From: Octopus sinensis
Lineage: Eukaryota
Assembly: GCF_006345805.1 (NCBI RefSeq)
Contig: NC_043007.1
Span: 54,250,001 to 54,314,000, forward strand
Length of the DNA stretch: 64,000 nt
Reading direction: 5' to 3'
The position numbers and the translations under genes are program-made. Below, one piece after another: positions 23,256 through 35,938 of the stretch; positions within the stretch are counted from its first letter, which is position 1; each line of letters starts with the position of its first letter. Below the pieces are notes generated by a model that was not told where the DNA came from, ran no database searches, and worked only from the letters and a program-made list of their open reading frames with translations.

Positions 23256-26200
23256 CATCATCATCATCGTTTAACGTCTGTTTTCCGCGCTAGCACGGGT
23301 TGGACGGTTCAACCGGGGTCTGGGAAGCCAGGGCTGCACCAGACTCCAGTCTGATCTGGCAGTGTTTCTACAGCTGGATGCCCTTCCTAACGCCAACCAC
23401 TCCGCGAGTGTAGTGGGTGCTTTTTACGTGCCACCTGCACAGGTGCCAGGGGGGTCTGGCATCGGCCACAATCGGTTGGTGCTTTTAACGTGCCACCGGC
23501 ACAGAAGCCAGTCGAGGCAGCGCTGGCAACGGCCACGTTCGGATGGTGCTTTTATGTGCCACCGGCACAGGTATCACAACTACTATTTCCATTGATATTT
23601 GTTTTGATGTTCATGTACATGCACTTGACTCAACAGGTCTCCTCAAGCACAGCGAGATGTTCCGGGATCCAAGGTACTTTGAATGGGCAGGGGCTATGCG
23701 GAACTGGTGCCGGAAGCATCCCAGGTCTTTGTAGTCACAGCACATCTCCAGAGATCTCGGTCCTTCGCCATTGCCTCAGTGAGGCCCAACGCTCTGAGGT
23801 CATGCTTGACTACCTCATCCCATGTCTTCCTGGGTCTACCACTCCCCGATTCCTTCAACTGTTTGGGAGCGGCACTTCTTCACACATCTCTCCTCATCCA
23901 TCTGCAGTACATGACCATACCATCGCAAGCGTCGCTCTTGCACACCGCATCTGATGCTTCTTATGTCTAGCATTTCTCTCAGGGTGCTTACACTCTGTCA
24001 TGCATTCACACTGACATTACACATCCAGCGGATCATGCTAGCTTCATTTCTTTCAAGTCTACGCATGTCCTTTGCAGTCACGGCCCATGTTTCACTGCCG
24101 TAAAGCATGGCAGTTCACACACATGCATCATACAATCTACCTTTCACTCTGAGTGAGAGACCCTTTGTCGCCAGTAGGGGTAAGAGCCCAGGCTATTCGT
24201 ATTCTAGTGGTGACACTCTCTGAGCATCCACCTCCACTACTAACTTGGTCACCCAGGTAGCGGAAACTATAAACTACTTCTAGTTTCTCCCCCTGGAGTG
24301 TGATGGAATCTGTTTTCTGAGTATTTGTGGTGTCTATTGTCCCTGTGCATCTGCCGCACATGAAAGCTATCTTATCAGTTAATTTCCCTTTGATGTTGCT
24401 GCACCTCTTATGCGTCCATACCTTACACTGGGTGCATCTTATGGAGTTTCTACCTACACCTTTTCTACAGATCGAGCAGGGCCACCTGCCCGATAGGGTG
24501 TGTGCTGAGTTCGCCTTTCTGCCTACTATAACTTTGGTCTTTGCTACATTTACTCTAAGGCCCTTTGATTCTAACCCTTGTTTCCACACCCGAAATTTCT
24601 TTTCTAGTTCCGGTAGTGATTCTGCTATGAGAGCCAGGTCATCAGCATAGAGGAGCTCCCAGAGGCAACCCGTTTTGAATTCCTGTTATTGCCTGGAGGA
24701 CTATGATGAATAAAAGGGGACTGAGGGCTGAGCCTTGGTGTACACCTACTTCTACCCGGAATTCTTCACTATATTCGTTGCCAATCCTAACCTTGCTGAC
24801 AGCCTCTCTGTATAGAGCCTGTAGAGCCCTTATTAGCCATTCGCCAATCTCCAGTTTCCGCATCGACCACCAGATAAGGGATCAGGGAACTTTGTCAAAG
24901 GCTTTCTCCAAGTCCACAAAAGCTATGTAGAGGGGTTTATCTTTAGCTAGGTACTTCTCCTGCAGTTGTCGGACCAGGAATATAGCATCAGTGGTGCTTC
25001 TACCCGGCACAAAACCGAACTGCATCTCATCTAAGCAAATTCTCTCCCTAATGAGATGGGTTATGACCCTCTCTGTGACCTTCATCACCTGATCCAACAG
25101 TTTAATACCCCTGTAGTTATTTCTATCTAGAGCATCACCCTTACCCTTGTAGCAGTTGACTATGGTGCTGCTATGCCAGTCATTGGGTATGACTCCATTA
25201 TGAACTACCTGGTTTACAATACGGGTGACTAGGCCATAGCCCACATAACCAGCTGTTTTAAGCATCTCAGCAGTGATACCTGATGGGCCGGGGGCTTTAC
25301 CTAGTTTCATACCCTTAATTGCCTTAACTACAAAGGAGCCGTCTATTTGGATAGCTGGTCCCTCTACTGGGTCAACATTTGGCAGGCTCTCCTCCACCCA
25401 TTCATTCTCCACATTCAGCAGTCTTTCATAATGGCTTCTCCAAGCCTTATTCTTTTCACCCACATTAAAAGCAAGTGCCCCATCATCCATGCAGACACAT
25501 TTCTCTCCTGTAACATCACTATTTTCTCTCACACACTGTCTAGCAATCCGAAATACCTGTTCTTTGGTCCTCACGTCACTGGACATTGGCAAACTTCTTC
25601 TTTTCTGCTATATCTTTGGCTATGTATACCTGCCGCCCGGCCTCCCTTTTGGCTACTTGGTACGGTTCCCTGCTACCCCCATCCCTCCAGGCTCTCCAGG
25701 CCTGTTTCTTTGCACTAATGGCTTTGTCTACTGCACTATTCCACCACCACGTAACTCTAGATCTGGAAGGGACTTTGCACCATCCACAGACTTGGTCTGT
25801 GGCACTCAGCAAGCTGTCCCGTAGGAATTTCTAGCTACCTTCTATGTCCGACGTCTGTAGCTCCTCCTCCCTCTCATCAAATTTCTTGATGAGGATGTCC
25901 CTAAATCTCTGACCATGTGAAGGGTTCTCTAGCTTCCAAATCCTTCTTTTCTGGATTGGTCTGTTTCTTGGAGTCCTTCTGGCCTCAAGCCTAAAGTCAC
26001 TAATGATTAGCCTATGCTGAAGGATACACTCTTCACCCGGGAGGGTCCTTGTATTTAAGAGCGACCCTGCATCCTGCTGTCTGGTGAGGATGAAGTCTAT
26101 TTGGCTGGCGGAATCTCCTGACTAATAAGTTATAAGGTGGCAGTCAGGCTTCCTGAAGTTAGTATTGCAGATTAAAAGGTTACATGCATCACAGAATTCC

Positions 26201-26648
26201 AGTAGTCTAGTTCCCTCATCCTTTATGGTGCCAATACCATGGCCACCGTGTACCCCAGTGAAGATACCTGATTCCCGCCCAACATGCCCATTAAAGTCTC
26301 CACCCACAAAGATAAGGTCCTTGCCACTAGTCTTTGAGGTAGCCTGTAGAAGGGTATCATAAAAGTGGTCCTTCTGATCATTTGGTAGCCCCGCATGTGG
26401 GGCATAGGCGGAGATAATTGTAGCTGTGCCACTCTCTAGGACTAACCTGAGATTAAGCACTCTATCGCAAACCCTGACAACCTCTATGACCTTATCCACC
26501 CATTTCTCCGCAAGGAGAATGCCTACACCCCCTACCCCATCCATGTTACCTTGCCAGAAGACTTTATACCTATGTGCCTTGCCTGTGAGGACTCTAGCTG
26601 ACGCACCTCTCCACCTTACCTCTTGTATGCAGCATACATCAACCCGTC
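23256..26648 (-). mobile_element. RTE LINE, nearly full-length ORF (EN+RT), decayed
   Basis: EN: GVGILL, ISAYAPH, GGDFNGHVG (26122-26544); RT 24882-25592; PHD-type finger 24137-24589; (CAT)n tail. Confidence 0.92.
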
Positions 26649-27407
26649 ATATATATATACACATATATGTTGATATGAAGGTCAAAATGGAGAAAAGTGC
26701 TGTGACCTAGTTTCGTGGTTTGTCCTGTCATTTTCTAGGGAAATTAATGAGGTTGGAAGATACATCTGACCCTTATCCGGTCAAGCAAAGTTTAAGGAAA
26801 AAATAAAAATGCTACCCTTTAAAATGCGGCGAGCAGGGGGTTTGTTGATCAGTTGGTGAGAAAGAGTTGGCCTGGGTTGGTCAGTTTGAGCAAAGACAGT
26901 GAATGTGAGAGCTGTCAGGCGAGGGGCAATGACAAGGATGACAAGCGTGGCGAGAAAGACAGGCAGATAGATTTGAGGACATGTCAAGCGATAGGAACTG
27001 AGAGAGATTATGGCGAGAAGGCATAGATTGTTGTAGTAGGATCTGAAATTGTTGCAGACTCGAAAACGTTCGGTAATGTTTTGTTTATGTTTTTTTGTTG
27101 TTGAATTTTGGTGTTGATGTGAAAAAGAACTGAAAAAAAGAATTGTGACGTAAACTGTAATCTGTTGTAAAAAAAAGAAAAAGAATTGTGTCAAAAAAAG
27201 AGAACTGTGGAAAAGAAAGAAAAAGGGAAAAGAACATTGTGTTAAAGAAAGAAAGAAAAGAGAAAGACTTCTATTTGAACTATTTTTCGAACTCTTTATT
27301 GCGTTGAACATTAATGCTTTGATTGTCTTCAGACTGTGTTGTATTGTGCATGCCTTTGATTGTTTTCTTTTAACTCCGTACGATCTGTTGCATGTTATTC
27401 TCTTTAA

Positions 27408-28483
27408 CCCTTTCGTTACTATTTTTCTGACCAAAATACACCCCTTTGTGTTTCAATTAATTTCTAACATAATCATAAATTTAGTCTGGTTTCAATTAAC
27501 AACTATAACTTTTTTTATTTATCAATATATTAACGTGAATTTTAGAAGATAATTTAATGAAATGTTCTCAACCAATTCTATGCTATAATTTTTGTCACAA
27601 AGTGACTCTAATTGCAGGTAGATACAGGTAAATTCAACAAAATATAAAATTATTAAAATTTTGTTCAAACATCGCTATAGAAAATGGGTTATTAGCTAAT
27701 ATTCAATTGGGTATACAACAAAATTTTACAAGAGAATTTGTTATTCTGGGTAACTTTCTGATACCCATAATAATATTTATGGCAAAATAGTCTTAATTTC
27801 ATTTAAGGTTATGGGAAACCACTAACTATCTTTTCTTTCGTTTTGTTTACATTTAGCGTAACGGTTCGTTTCCGCCGTAATGATTTCAAATAGGCTCATT
27901 CGAAAAAGTAAAAAGAAATAGTCTAAGGCTTTACTCTTCTGGGAAAGTCTGTGGCTTGGTCCAATTTCTTCAGAAAAATCACCGAAAGAAACAGTTTTTA
28001 AATTTTCACTCCATTCAGGTGCCAATTCATTTTCTTTATCGCTGTCGGAGCTCTCGGATTCACTGTTTTCACTTTCGGAAAATGAAACATCAGATTCATT
28101 ATCAAATACCACATGCTTTTTTTTTACAGTCATAGAGTTAGATTTATGAAGGTCTTCAGTAGAAAATCCTTCGAATTCTGACTCGCTGCTTGATATAATG
28201 AAATTCGTATCCATTTTTTGTCAGAATTACAAATTTTGAAAACACAACAGGAACAAATTTCGAAAAAAAATCTCCAAAAATTCACGGAATTAAAATTACA
28301 CTTTGATTTTTGTACAAAACTGTAGTTGAACTCTTTACGAAGTATAATACATATTTTCACGAATGTACTAAAGAGATTTGCTCTGATATTCTCATTTAAA
28401 TATGAATAGGTAAATTCGGACGGCTTCAGGCGGTTTGGTCACATTAACCAAAATTTTTTTCGGGCGGTTTGGTAATGAAAGGG
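27408..28483 (-). mobile_element. Internally deleted piggyBac DNA transposon
   Basis: TTAA at 27404-07 and 28484-87; TIRs CCCTTTCGTTACT / GGTAATGAAAGGG; N-terminal transposase ORF inside. Confidence 0.9.
27822..28214 (-). pseudogene. piggyBac (PGBD4-like) transposase N-terminus, truncated
   Basis: Acidic S/E/D-rich N-terminus then DYFFLLF..FEIITAETNRYA; no DDD catalytic domain. Confidence 0.8.
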
Positions 28484-28756
28484 TTAATGTATCTGATATG
28501 TATCACGTTTTATTTGATGTAATAATTGTATAAACTGTTGTTATATGTAAGCAACTGCCTTCCGCTGCCTCTCTCTCTTCCTGTAGTTGTTGTTATCTCT
28601 GGTTACCGGTTTGAGTTCGCTGCCAACCCCACCACCATTTTCTGTGGCGGATTCCGTTTGACTGAGCCTGGTCATCGATGTTGCTCAACTTAGTAGGGTC
28701 CTGGGTTCCAGTTGAGCGACGTCAGGTTCGTAATATATACATATACATATATATAT

Positions 28757-28817
<61 letters not shown>

Positions 28818-28969
28818 CATATATATAAAATTTTTACATACAAAATTTAAAGGACTGACCACTAAAAGTGGACGGTCAATATGCGAGATATAGACGTCAA
28901 AATCGCTATTTTCCACCAAGATGGCGCCAAACTAACAAGTCGAGTGTAAATATACCTCTCTGAAAGTTT

Positions 28970-29069
28970 NNNNNNNNNNNNNNNNNNNNNNNNNNNNNNN
29001 NNNNNNNNNNNNNNNNNNNNNNNNNNNNNNNNNNNNNNNNNNNNNNNNNNNNNNNNNNNNNNNNNNNNN
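28970..29069. other. Assembly gap (100 N)
   Basis: Run of N. Confidence 1.
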
Positions 29070-29809
29070 CATATATCGTACACTGTTCTAACAAGGAGTT
29101 TATTCCCAAATATAATTAATTTCAGTTTCTCAGTCAATGTCTTTGATAAAAAGTATGATACTACTATTCCCATTATGCATCACTTTGCTTAAGCAACTGA
29201 CTCAGTTCATATATTTTATAGCTAAATAAAAAATATTGTTGCTTTTTTCAATTCATCTGTGAAGCAATTTATCGTTGTTTTCATTATGATGGTAATGTCA
29301 TAAATACAATCTCTCAACAATGGAAGTACAAGGTGTCTTCTTATCACCATGCTCTATGAATGGCATGTTGTAGTTCTTAATACCAACTTCATTCACTTGT
29401 TTGTTTTATGTTCATTTTCTGATGTATGCATGTGTTATATGAATATATTATAAAAGTACTTTTATGCAGCTAGATGCCCTTCTTGTTGCAAACTATTACC
29501 TATTCTGAAGTAAGAAATTTTGCTTCACATATCTCTGAAGATGCAAAGTGAGCAGGTTTGTTGACAGGTAAAGGGTCAACAACAAATTCATTTAGTAATT
29601 TCCAACTTTCATAGAGTGCATATTTAAACAAGCATATATATATGAGTGTGTACATGCATGCATGTGCATGCATGCATGTGCACGCATGCACATGTTCGCA
29701 CACACACAAACACACACGCGCAGCCCCCCCACACACACACACACACAGGGCACATAAAGAGTGTTGTGGAATCTCAAGCAGGCTAACAGTAAAGGTGAGC
29801 TTTGTAAGT

Positions 29810-30470
29810 AGCAAATGCAATGGAGCAATAGGCATAAAGAGCACGTCATAAAATACACTTTCTTGAAATGCTCAGCAGCCACATTAAAAGTAGTTGATAG
29901 TTTCTATTATCTAGGTGGTATAATTAGCAAAGGGAGTGGTCGTTCATGAAGTATAGTATCCAAGGTAAGAACCGACTGGAAAAAGTTCAGAGAGCTATTA
30001 CTTCTGTTGGTAATAAAGTTTTTGGTTTTCTTTTTTCTTTTTTCAAAGTCAAGGGCAAATTGCATGACAGTTGTGTGAGAACTGCAATGCAGAAGAGTTG
30101 TGAAAACTAGAAAGAAATGAAGCAAGCATACACCCTAAAAGGGAAATGTTAGTGTACATGAATACCAAAATGCAAATGAGCTCAGAGAAAGACTGAATAT
30201 AAAAAGAATCAGATATAGTGTGCAAGACAGTAGGCTGCATTTGTTCAGGTATATGATGCATATGGAGGATGACCATAAAGAAGACCCAAGAACTCAAACT
30301 CCGTGTTAATGGAACCCATGGGAGAGAGAGAGAGAGAGAGAGCAAGGAAGAATTAGGATGAAGTGGTAAAAGCTGATCTGAAGGTACTGTATCTCATTGA
30401 GGAGCTGACAAAGGACCATGCTGATTGGTGATATGTGATATTGCAGAAGACCTGAACACCTTGAAAAATG
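29810..30470 (+). mobile_element. Old RTE C-terminal fragment
   Basis: LKVVDSFYYLG, WKKFRELL-like and RKNWDEVVKADL-like remnants. Confidence 0.7.
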
Positions 30471-31034
30471 TATTCTGACAAGAGGGTGGTGTTTAGGGGC
30501 TAAAATGCTTTCTACTCAACAAAGCATGCATCACATATTTTGCTTCTCCCTTTACCTTATATCTTTTGTATATTTTGACCCCCCTCCTCATCCTATTCTT
30601 CTCCACTAAACCTACGTATAAGAGACTGTATTGGCCCACATTTTCCCTCCGACTCTGTAAATCTTCACTCAGCCTATGTTATGGTGACTGGATTGGTCCA
30701 CTGTCATCCCTTCAGTAGGCCAATGTATAGATGATTGCATTGGACTGCCCCTATATGTCTATAATTCTTTCTCTCAAGTGCATCTCTTTACATCCTCTTT
30801 GCACTTTTCTATTATCAGCCATCACATTTTTCCTTCCTCCCAGGGTCACTTCTAATACTATCTGTCACCTAATCTTTATTGTATTCCATCATCTACCCTT
30901 ACCTTTGTTCATCTGTGCTTTTCAAAATAACCTTGCTGCTTACATTATACTGTTCCTTTCTTCCACCTAACCATACAGGTCCATACCTCCTGTACTGGTG
31001 CCAACCAACAACTTGTGCTCCCTCAAATAGATAG

Positions 31035-34000
31035 ATGGAGGCTACGGTTTTGGCTCTCGCAATGAGGAGGAAACCAGGCTAGTGGAGTTCTGCAACGCAA
31101 ATGATCTTATGGTTTGCCATACTAACTTCAGAAAACCAGCCAGCCACCTAGTCACCTACTGCTCTGGCAGACACACTAGTCAGATCGACTATATCCTCAC
31201 AAGAAAAAGGGAAAGATGGCTGCTTATAAATGCCAAAACCTTCCCAGAAGAATGTACCCCACAACATAGACTAGTAGTTAGTGACTTCAGAATCAGGGCT
31301 AAATAGATGCCCAGAAGACGACCAGCTAGGAGAAGGGTCTGGAGACTTAAAGATCCTGCAAATGGACAGAGATTTAGAGACATATTACTCAAAGCCTTTG
31401 ACGAAATAGAAGGGGATATAGCTTCACATGGTATAGAAGACAACTGGAGGTTCCTATGGGACAACCTGCTAAGGGCCACCGACCAAATCTGTGGATGGTG
31501 CAAAGTCCCCTCTCAACCCAAAATAACGTGGTGGTGGGACAATGTTGTTGACAGGGCTATCAGACTAAAGAAACAGGCTTGGAAGGACTGGAAGAATGGT
31601 GGTAGCAGGGAAGTGTATCAGACTGCCAGAAGGGAAGCTAGGAGGCAGGTTTATTTAGCCAGAGGAGAAGCAGATGAGAAAAAATTTGCCAATGTTCTGC
31701 GGCATGAGGTATTTCGTGTTGCAAGACAGTGTGTGAGAGAAAATCGGGATGTTGTAGGAGAGAAATGTGTTCACATGGATGATAGTTCACTTGCGCTGAA
31801 TGAGGATGCAAAGAGAGAGGTTTGGAGATGTCATTATGAAAGGTTGCTGAATAAAGAAAATGAATGAGAGAAAGCGAGTCTGATGGATGTCGACCCAAGA
31901 GAGGGACCAGCTATCCAAATTGACAGTACCTTAGTAGTTAAGGCAATTAGAAATATGAAGACAGGGAAAGCCCCAGGCCCATCAGGAATTACTGCAGAGA
32001 TGCTCAAAATATCTGGCAGTGTCGGCTATAGCCTAGTCACCTGTATAGTTAATCAGGTGATACACGAAGGAGTCATACCCAATGACTGGTGTAGCAGCAT
32101 AATAGTCAACTGCTAGGTAAAGGTGACACTTTTGATACAAATAATTCAGAGGTATCAAGCTGTTGGATCAGGTAATGAAGGTTACGGAGAGGGTCAGCTT
32201 GGATGAGATGCAGTTTGGTTTCGTGCCAGGGAAAAGCACCACTGATGCTATATTTCTGGTAAGACAGCTGCAGGAGAAATACCTAGCCAAAGATAGGCCC
32301 CTGTACCTGGCTTTCATTGAGATGGAGAAAGCCTTTGACGGGGTCCCCCGATCCCTTATCTGGTGCTCAATGAGGAAACTAGGGATAAATGAATGGTTAG
32401 TGAGAGCTGTGCAAGCCATGTACAGGGATGCTGTAAGTAAGGTGAGGGTTGGCAACGAGTAAACTGAAGAATTCAGGGTAGACGTAGGGGTCCACCAAGG
32501 TTCAGTCCTGAGCCCCCTCCTATTTATCATAGTCCTCCAGGCAGTAATGGAGGAATTCAAGACAGGATGCCCCTAGGAGCTCCTATATGCTGATGACCTT
32601 GCTCTAATTGCTGAGTCACTATCAGAACTAGAGGAGAAGTTTCAAGTGTGGAGACAAGGATTAGAATCGAAGGGCTTTAGAATCAACCTAACTAAAACCA
32701 AAGTTCTAATAAGTAGGAAGGCAGGCAAACCACAAATCCCTTCAGGTAGATGGCCCTACTCAATCTGTAGTCGAGGCATAGGTAGAAACTCTATAAGATG
32801 TACCCAGTGTAAGCTATGGACACATAAGAGGTGCAGTAATATCAAAGGGAGGCTAACTGGGAAGAAAGGTTTTGTATGTGGCAGATGCTTGGGAGCAATA
32901 AACACTGAAAATGCGCAGAGACCAACTTCCACCTCCTTCCAGGGAGATAAACTAGAAGTAGTTGATAGCTTCTGTTACCTAGGGGACCAAGCCAGTTACG
33001 GAGGTAGGTGCACTGAAAGTGTAGCTGCTAGAACAAGAATAGCTTGGGCAAAGTTCAGAGAGCTCTTACCTCTGCTGACGACAAAGGGCCTCTTGCTCAG
33101 AGTAAAAGGTAGACCGTATGACGCCTGTGTACGAACAGCAATGCTACATGGCAGTGAAACATGGGCTGTGACTGCTGAGGACATGCGTAATTTCGCAAGG
33201 AATGAAGCCAGTATGATCCGATGGATGTGTAATGTCAGTGTGCATACTCGACAGAGTGTAGGTAACTTGAGAGAAATGTCAGATGTGGTGTGCAAGAGAG
33301 ACAACTGCGCTGGTATGGTCATGTGGTGATAATGGAGAATGGTGATTGAGGGAACCTGTGGAAGAGGTAGACCCAGGAAGACCTGGGATGAAGTGGTGAA
33401 GCACGACCTTCGAACATTTTGCTTCACTGAGAAAATGACTACAACCAAGACTTTTGGAAATATGCTGTGCTTGCAAAGACCCGGCAAGCCAAATGAGACC
33501 ATAACCTGTGGCCCTTGCCAGGAGCATTACCAGCCCACTTATGTGTACCTTTTCCTTCCTTGGACACTAAACTCTCTGCTTGTGAAGACCTATTGAGGCG
33601 ACTGAAATCCAAATCACATTCGATAACTGGCATCCGTACTAGTGGGGCGCAAAGAGCACCATACGAGTGTGATCGTTGATAGAGCGGCTAACCAACTTCC
33701 GTGCCAGTGGCACAAAAAACGCCCCATTCGAGTTGATCATTACCAGCATCACCTTACTGGCACTAGTGCCCGTGCTAGTAAGGTGCCAAGAGCACCATCC
33801 GAGCGTGATCGTTGCCAGAGCAGCCAACTGGCTTTTATGCCAGTGGCACGTAAAAGGGCACCATTCGAGTGTGATCGTTACCAACATCGCCTTACTGGTA
33901 CCTGTGCTGGTGGCATGTGTAAAAAGATTTGAGTGAGGTTGTTGCCAGTACCGCCTGACTGACCTCCATGCCGGTGGCACGTAAAAAGCACCTACTACAC

Positions 34001-34164
34001 TCTCGGAGTGGTTGGCGTTAGGAAGGGCATCCAGCTCTAGAAACTCTGCCAAATCAAGATTGGAGCTTGGTGCAGCCATCTGGTTCGCCAGCCCTCAGTC
34101 AAAATCATCTAACCCATGCTAGCATGGAAAGTGGACGTTAAACAATGATGATGATGATGATGAT
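31035..34164 (+). mobile_element. RTE LINE (partial EN, RT, 3' UTR repeats, (GAT)n tail), decayed
   Basis: EFCNANDL..SQIDYIL..QHRLVV; EKAFD; HQGSVLSP; YADD near 32587; tail near 34145. Confidence 0.9.
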
Positions 34165-34254
34165 TTTCTGAAAATAACTATCATGCACAAGGAACATAGA
34201 AATATTAAAATAAGAAAGTGGAATGTGATAGGGTTTCACACACTATGTAATTAT

Positions 34255-34380
34255 ACTCAAGGTAGAACTTTCCTCCAAACTACAAATATCACTCACTGTA
34301 TTTTTAATAAACACACTGTTAAATTATCTTACTCTACATCATCTAATGTTGCTGATATAAAATACTCAACAATAACAATT
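34255..34380 (+). mobile_element. Penelope-like element RT C-terminal remnant
   Basis: NFPPNYKYH / IFNKHTVKLSYSTSSNVADI resembles the PLE motif HFP..HK.FNRNTVKLSYS. Confidence 0.55.
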
Positions 34381-34806
34381 TAGTAAATATAACAAGGAAA
34401 ACACACATACAAGAAACACATACAAAACATACATACAAAAAAACCCACCACAAAATAACACAAACTCTCTAACCCTGAAATAGGTAAGATTCACAATACT
34501 AGAAGCAAATATACATGCATCTACAACTTTGGTACTAACATCCTGTTGGTCATGCTTGTGGGGGAAGAAGAGAAAAACAACAGAATGGGAGTAAGTGACA
34601 GTCAGAAGCAGTTAAGCCTGCAAACAGCTGTCAAGGATCTTGCTCTGAAAGATGTTGGCATTTTACTCAAAATGGTGAATTTTTATTGTAAATAGTATTT
34701 AGTTTATCAGTTTCACACACACATATGTATATGTATGCATATCCATTGGTGTATATAAATATGTAATGCCAATGTATGAGATACATATATATATAAATAT
34801 ATAAAT

Positions 34807-35938
34807 AAGTTCAAAAAATGGAACAAGAATGCAACAAACGACAATAAAATATCTGGACAGATAGATGATATGAAGACAGACAAGAAAAACAACAAAAAGT
34901 GGACAGGACAAAACAAGGATGGGCCATTCGTGGCCTTCTCTCCTCAGTCAAGTTTCCAGATTATCCTTACAATTTCGGACAGTTATTCTTGAGACTGTTC
35001 AAATCTGGCTGGCCCCAAAAATTTGAGCTAAGAGCATTAAATATTTTTGGAGAAACCAAGTGAATGTATGCAACAAAGACAAAAAAACAAAACAAAAAAC
35101 AAAAATACAGAGAAAATATAACTCAATTACAAATACAAACAACAAGAAAATAACAGCAAGTGTCTTTTGACTAATAGAGAGTTGAGCTGGTGTGTGTGGA
35201 GTGAAAGCTTTGAGGCAGGAACATAGGTGAACATCAGAGATGAAAGTCAGGAGACAGGAATAAGAGGTGCTTTATAGCTGGCAGTTAAGCCAAGAAAGAA
35301 GATCATGCTTGACTGAACACCGGTCATGTGGAAGGAAAGGAGAGAAGTAGGGGACGAAGGGATTGAAAAATTAAGGGGAGGATGAGAAAGAGAATAAAAA
35401 TCATTGAGACATTGAGAAGGTACAAGGGAGATAAACAATGAAAAATAGGTAGATTAAAGAAAGAGAAGGCCAAGAAATGTGAGAGATGGGGAGCGAGAAA
35501 AGGAAAGGAGTAAAGAAAGTAGGAAGAAAGAAGGTATGAGGGGAGACTAAAAGAAAGAGTAAAATAGTCGTACAGAATTTAGATATATTCTTACTTACAA
35601 GGTGAACAAAAGTGTATGTATGCTACTATATATATATAAGTTCAAAAAATGGAACAAGAATGCAACAATGACAATAAAATATCCAGACAGACGATATGAA
35701 GATGGACAGGACAAAACAAGGATGGGCTATTCGTAGCCTTGTCTCATCAGTCAAGTTTCTAGATTATTCTTACAGCTTTGGCTGGTTACACCTGAAATTG
35801 TTTAAATCTGGCTGACCCCAAAAATCTAAGCTAAGAGCATTAAATGTTTTGGGAGAAAGCAAGCATCCATCAAATTGCAAAATTACCCTTACAGTTTTGG
35901 TCAATTACATTTGAGACTGTTCAAATCTGGTTGGCTCC
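34807..35938 (-). mobile_element. Non-coding element with ~250-bp terminal direct repeats carrying hammerhead-like motifs
   Basis: Repeats 34807-35060 and 35638-35863 (period ~831) plus partial copy 35880-35938; no ORF. Confidence 0.7.
34941..34998 (-). ncRNA. Hammerhead-like motif with permuted strand order (best-preserved copy)
   Basis: Minus strand: ACAGTC-TCAAG-aataactgtcC-GAAATTGT-aaggataatctggaaa-CTTGA-CTGAGGA-G. Confidence 0.45.

Larger units (their letters stand above)
26668..28735 (+). mobile_element. Solo LTR split by a piggyBac insertion
   Basis: 5' part matches the other LTRs; 28488-28735 matches 22010-22232; ends TCGTAATA. Confidence 0.72.
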
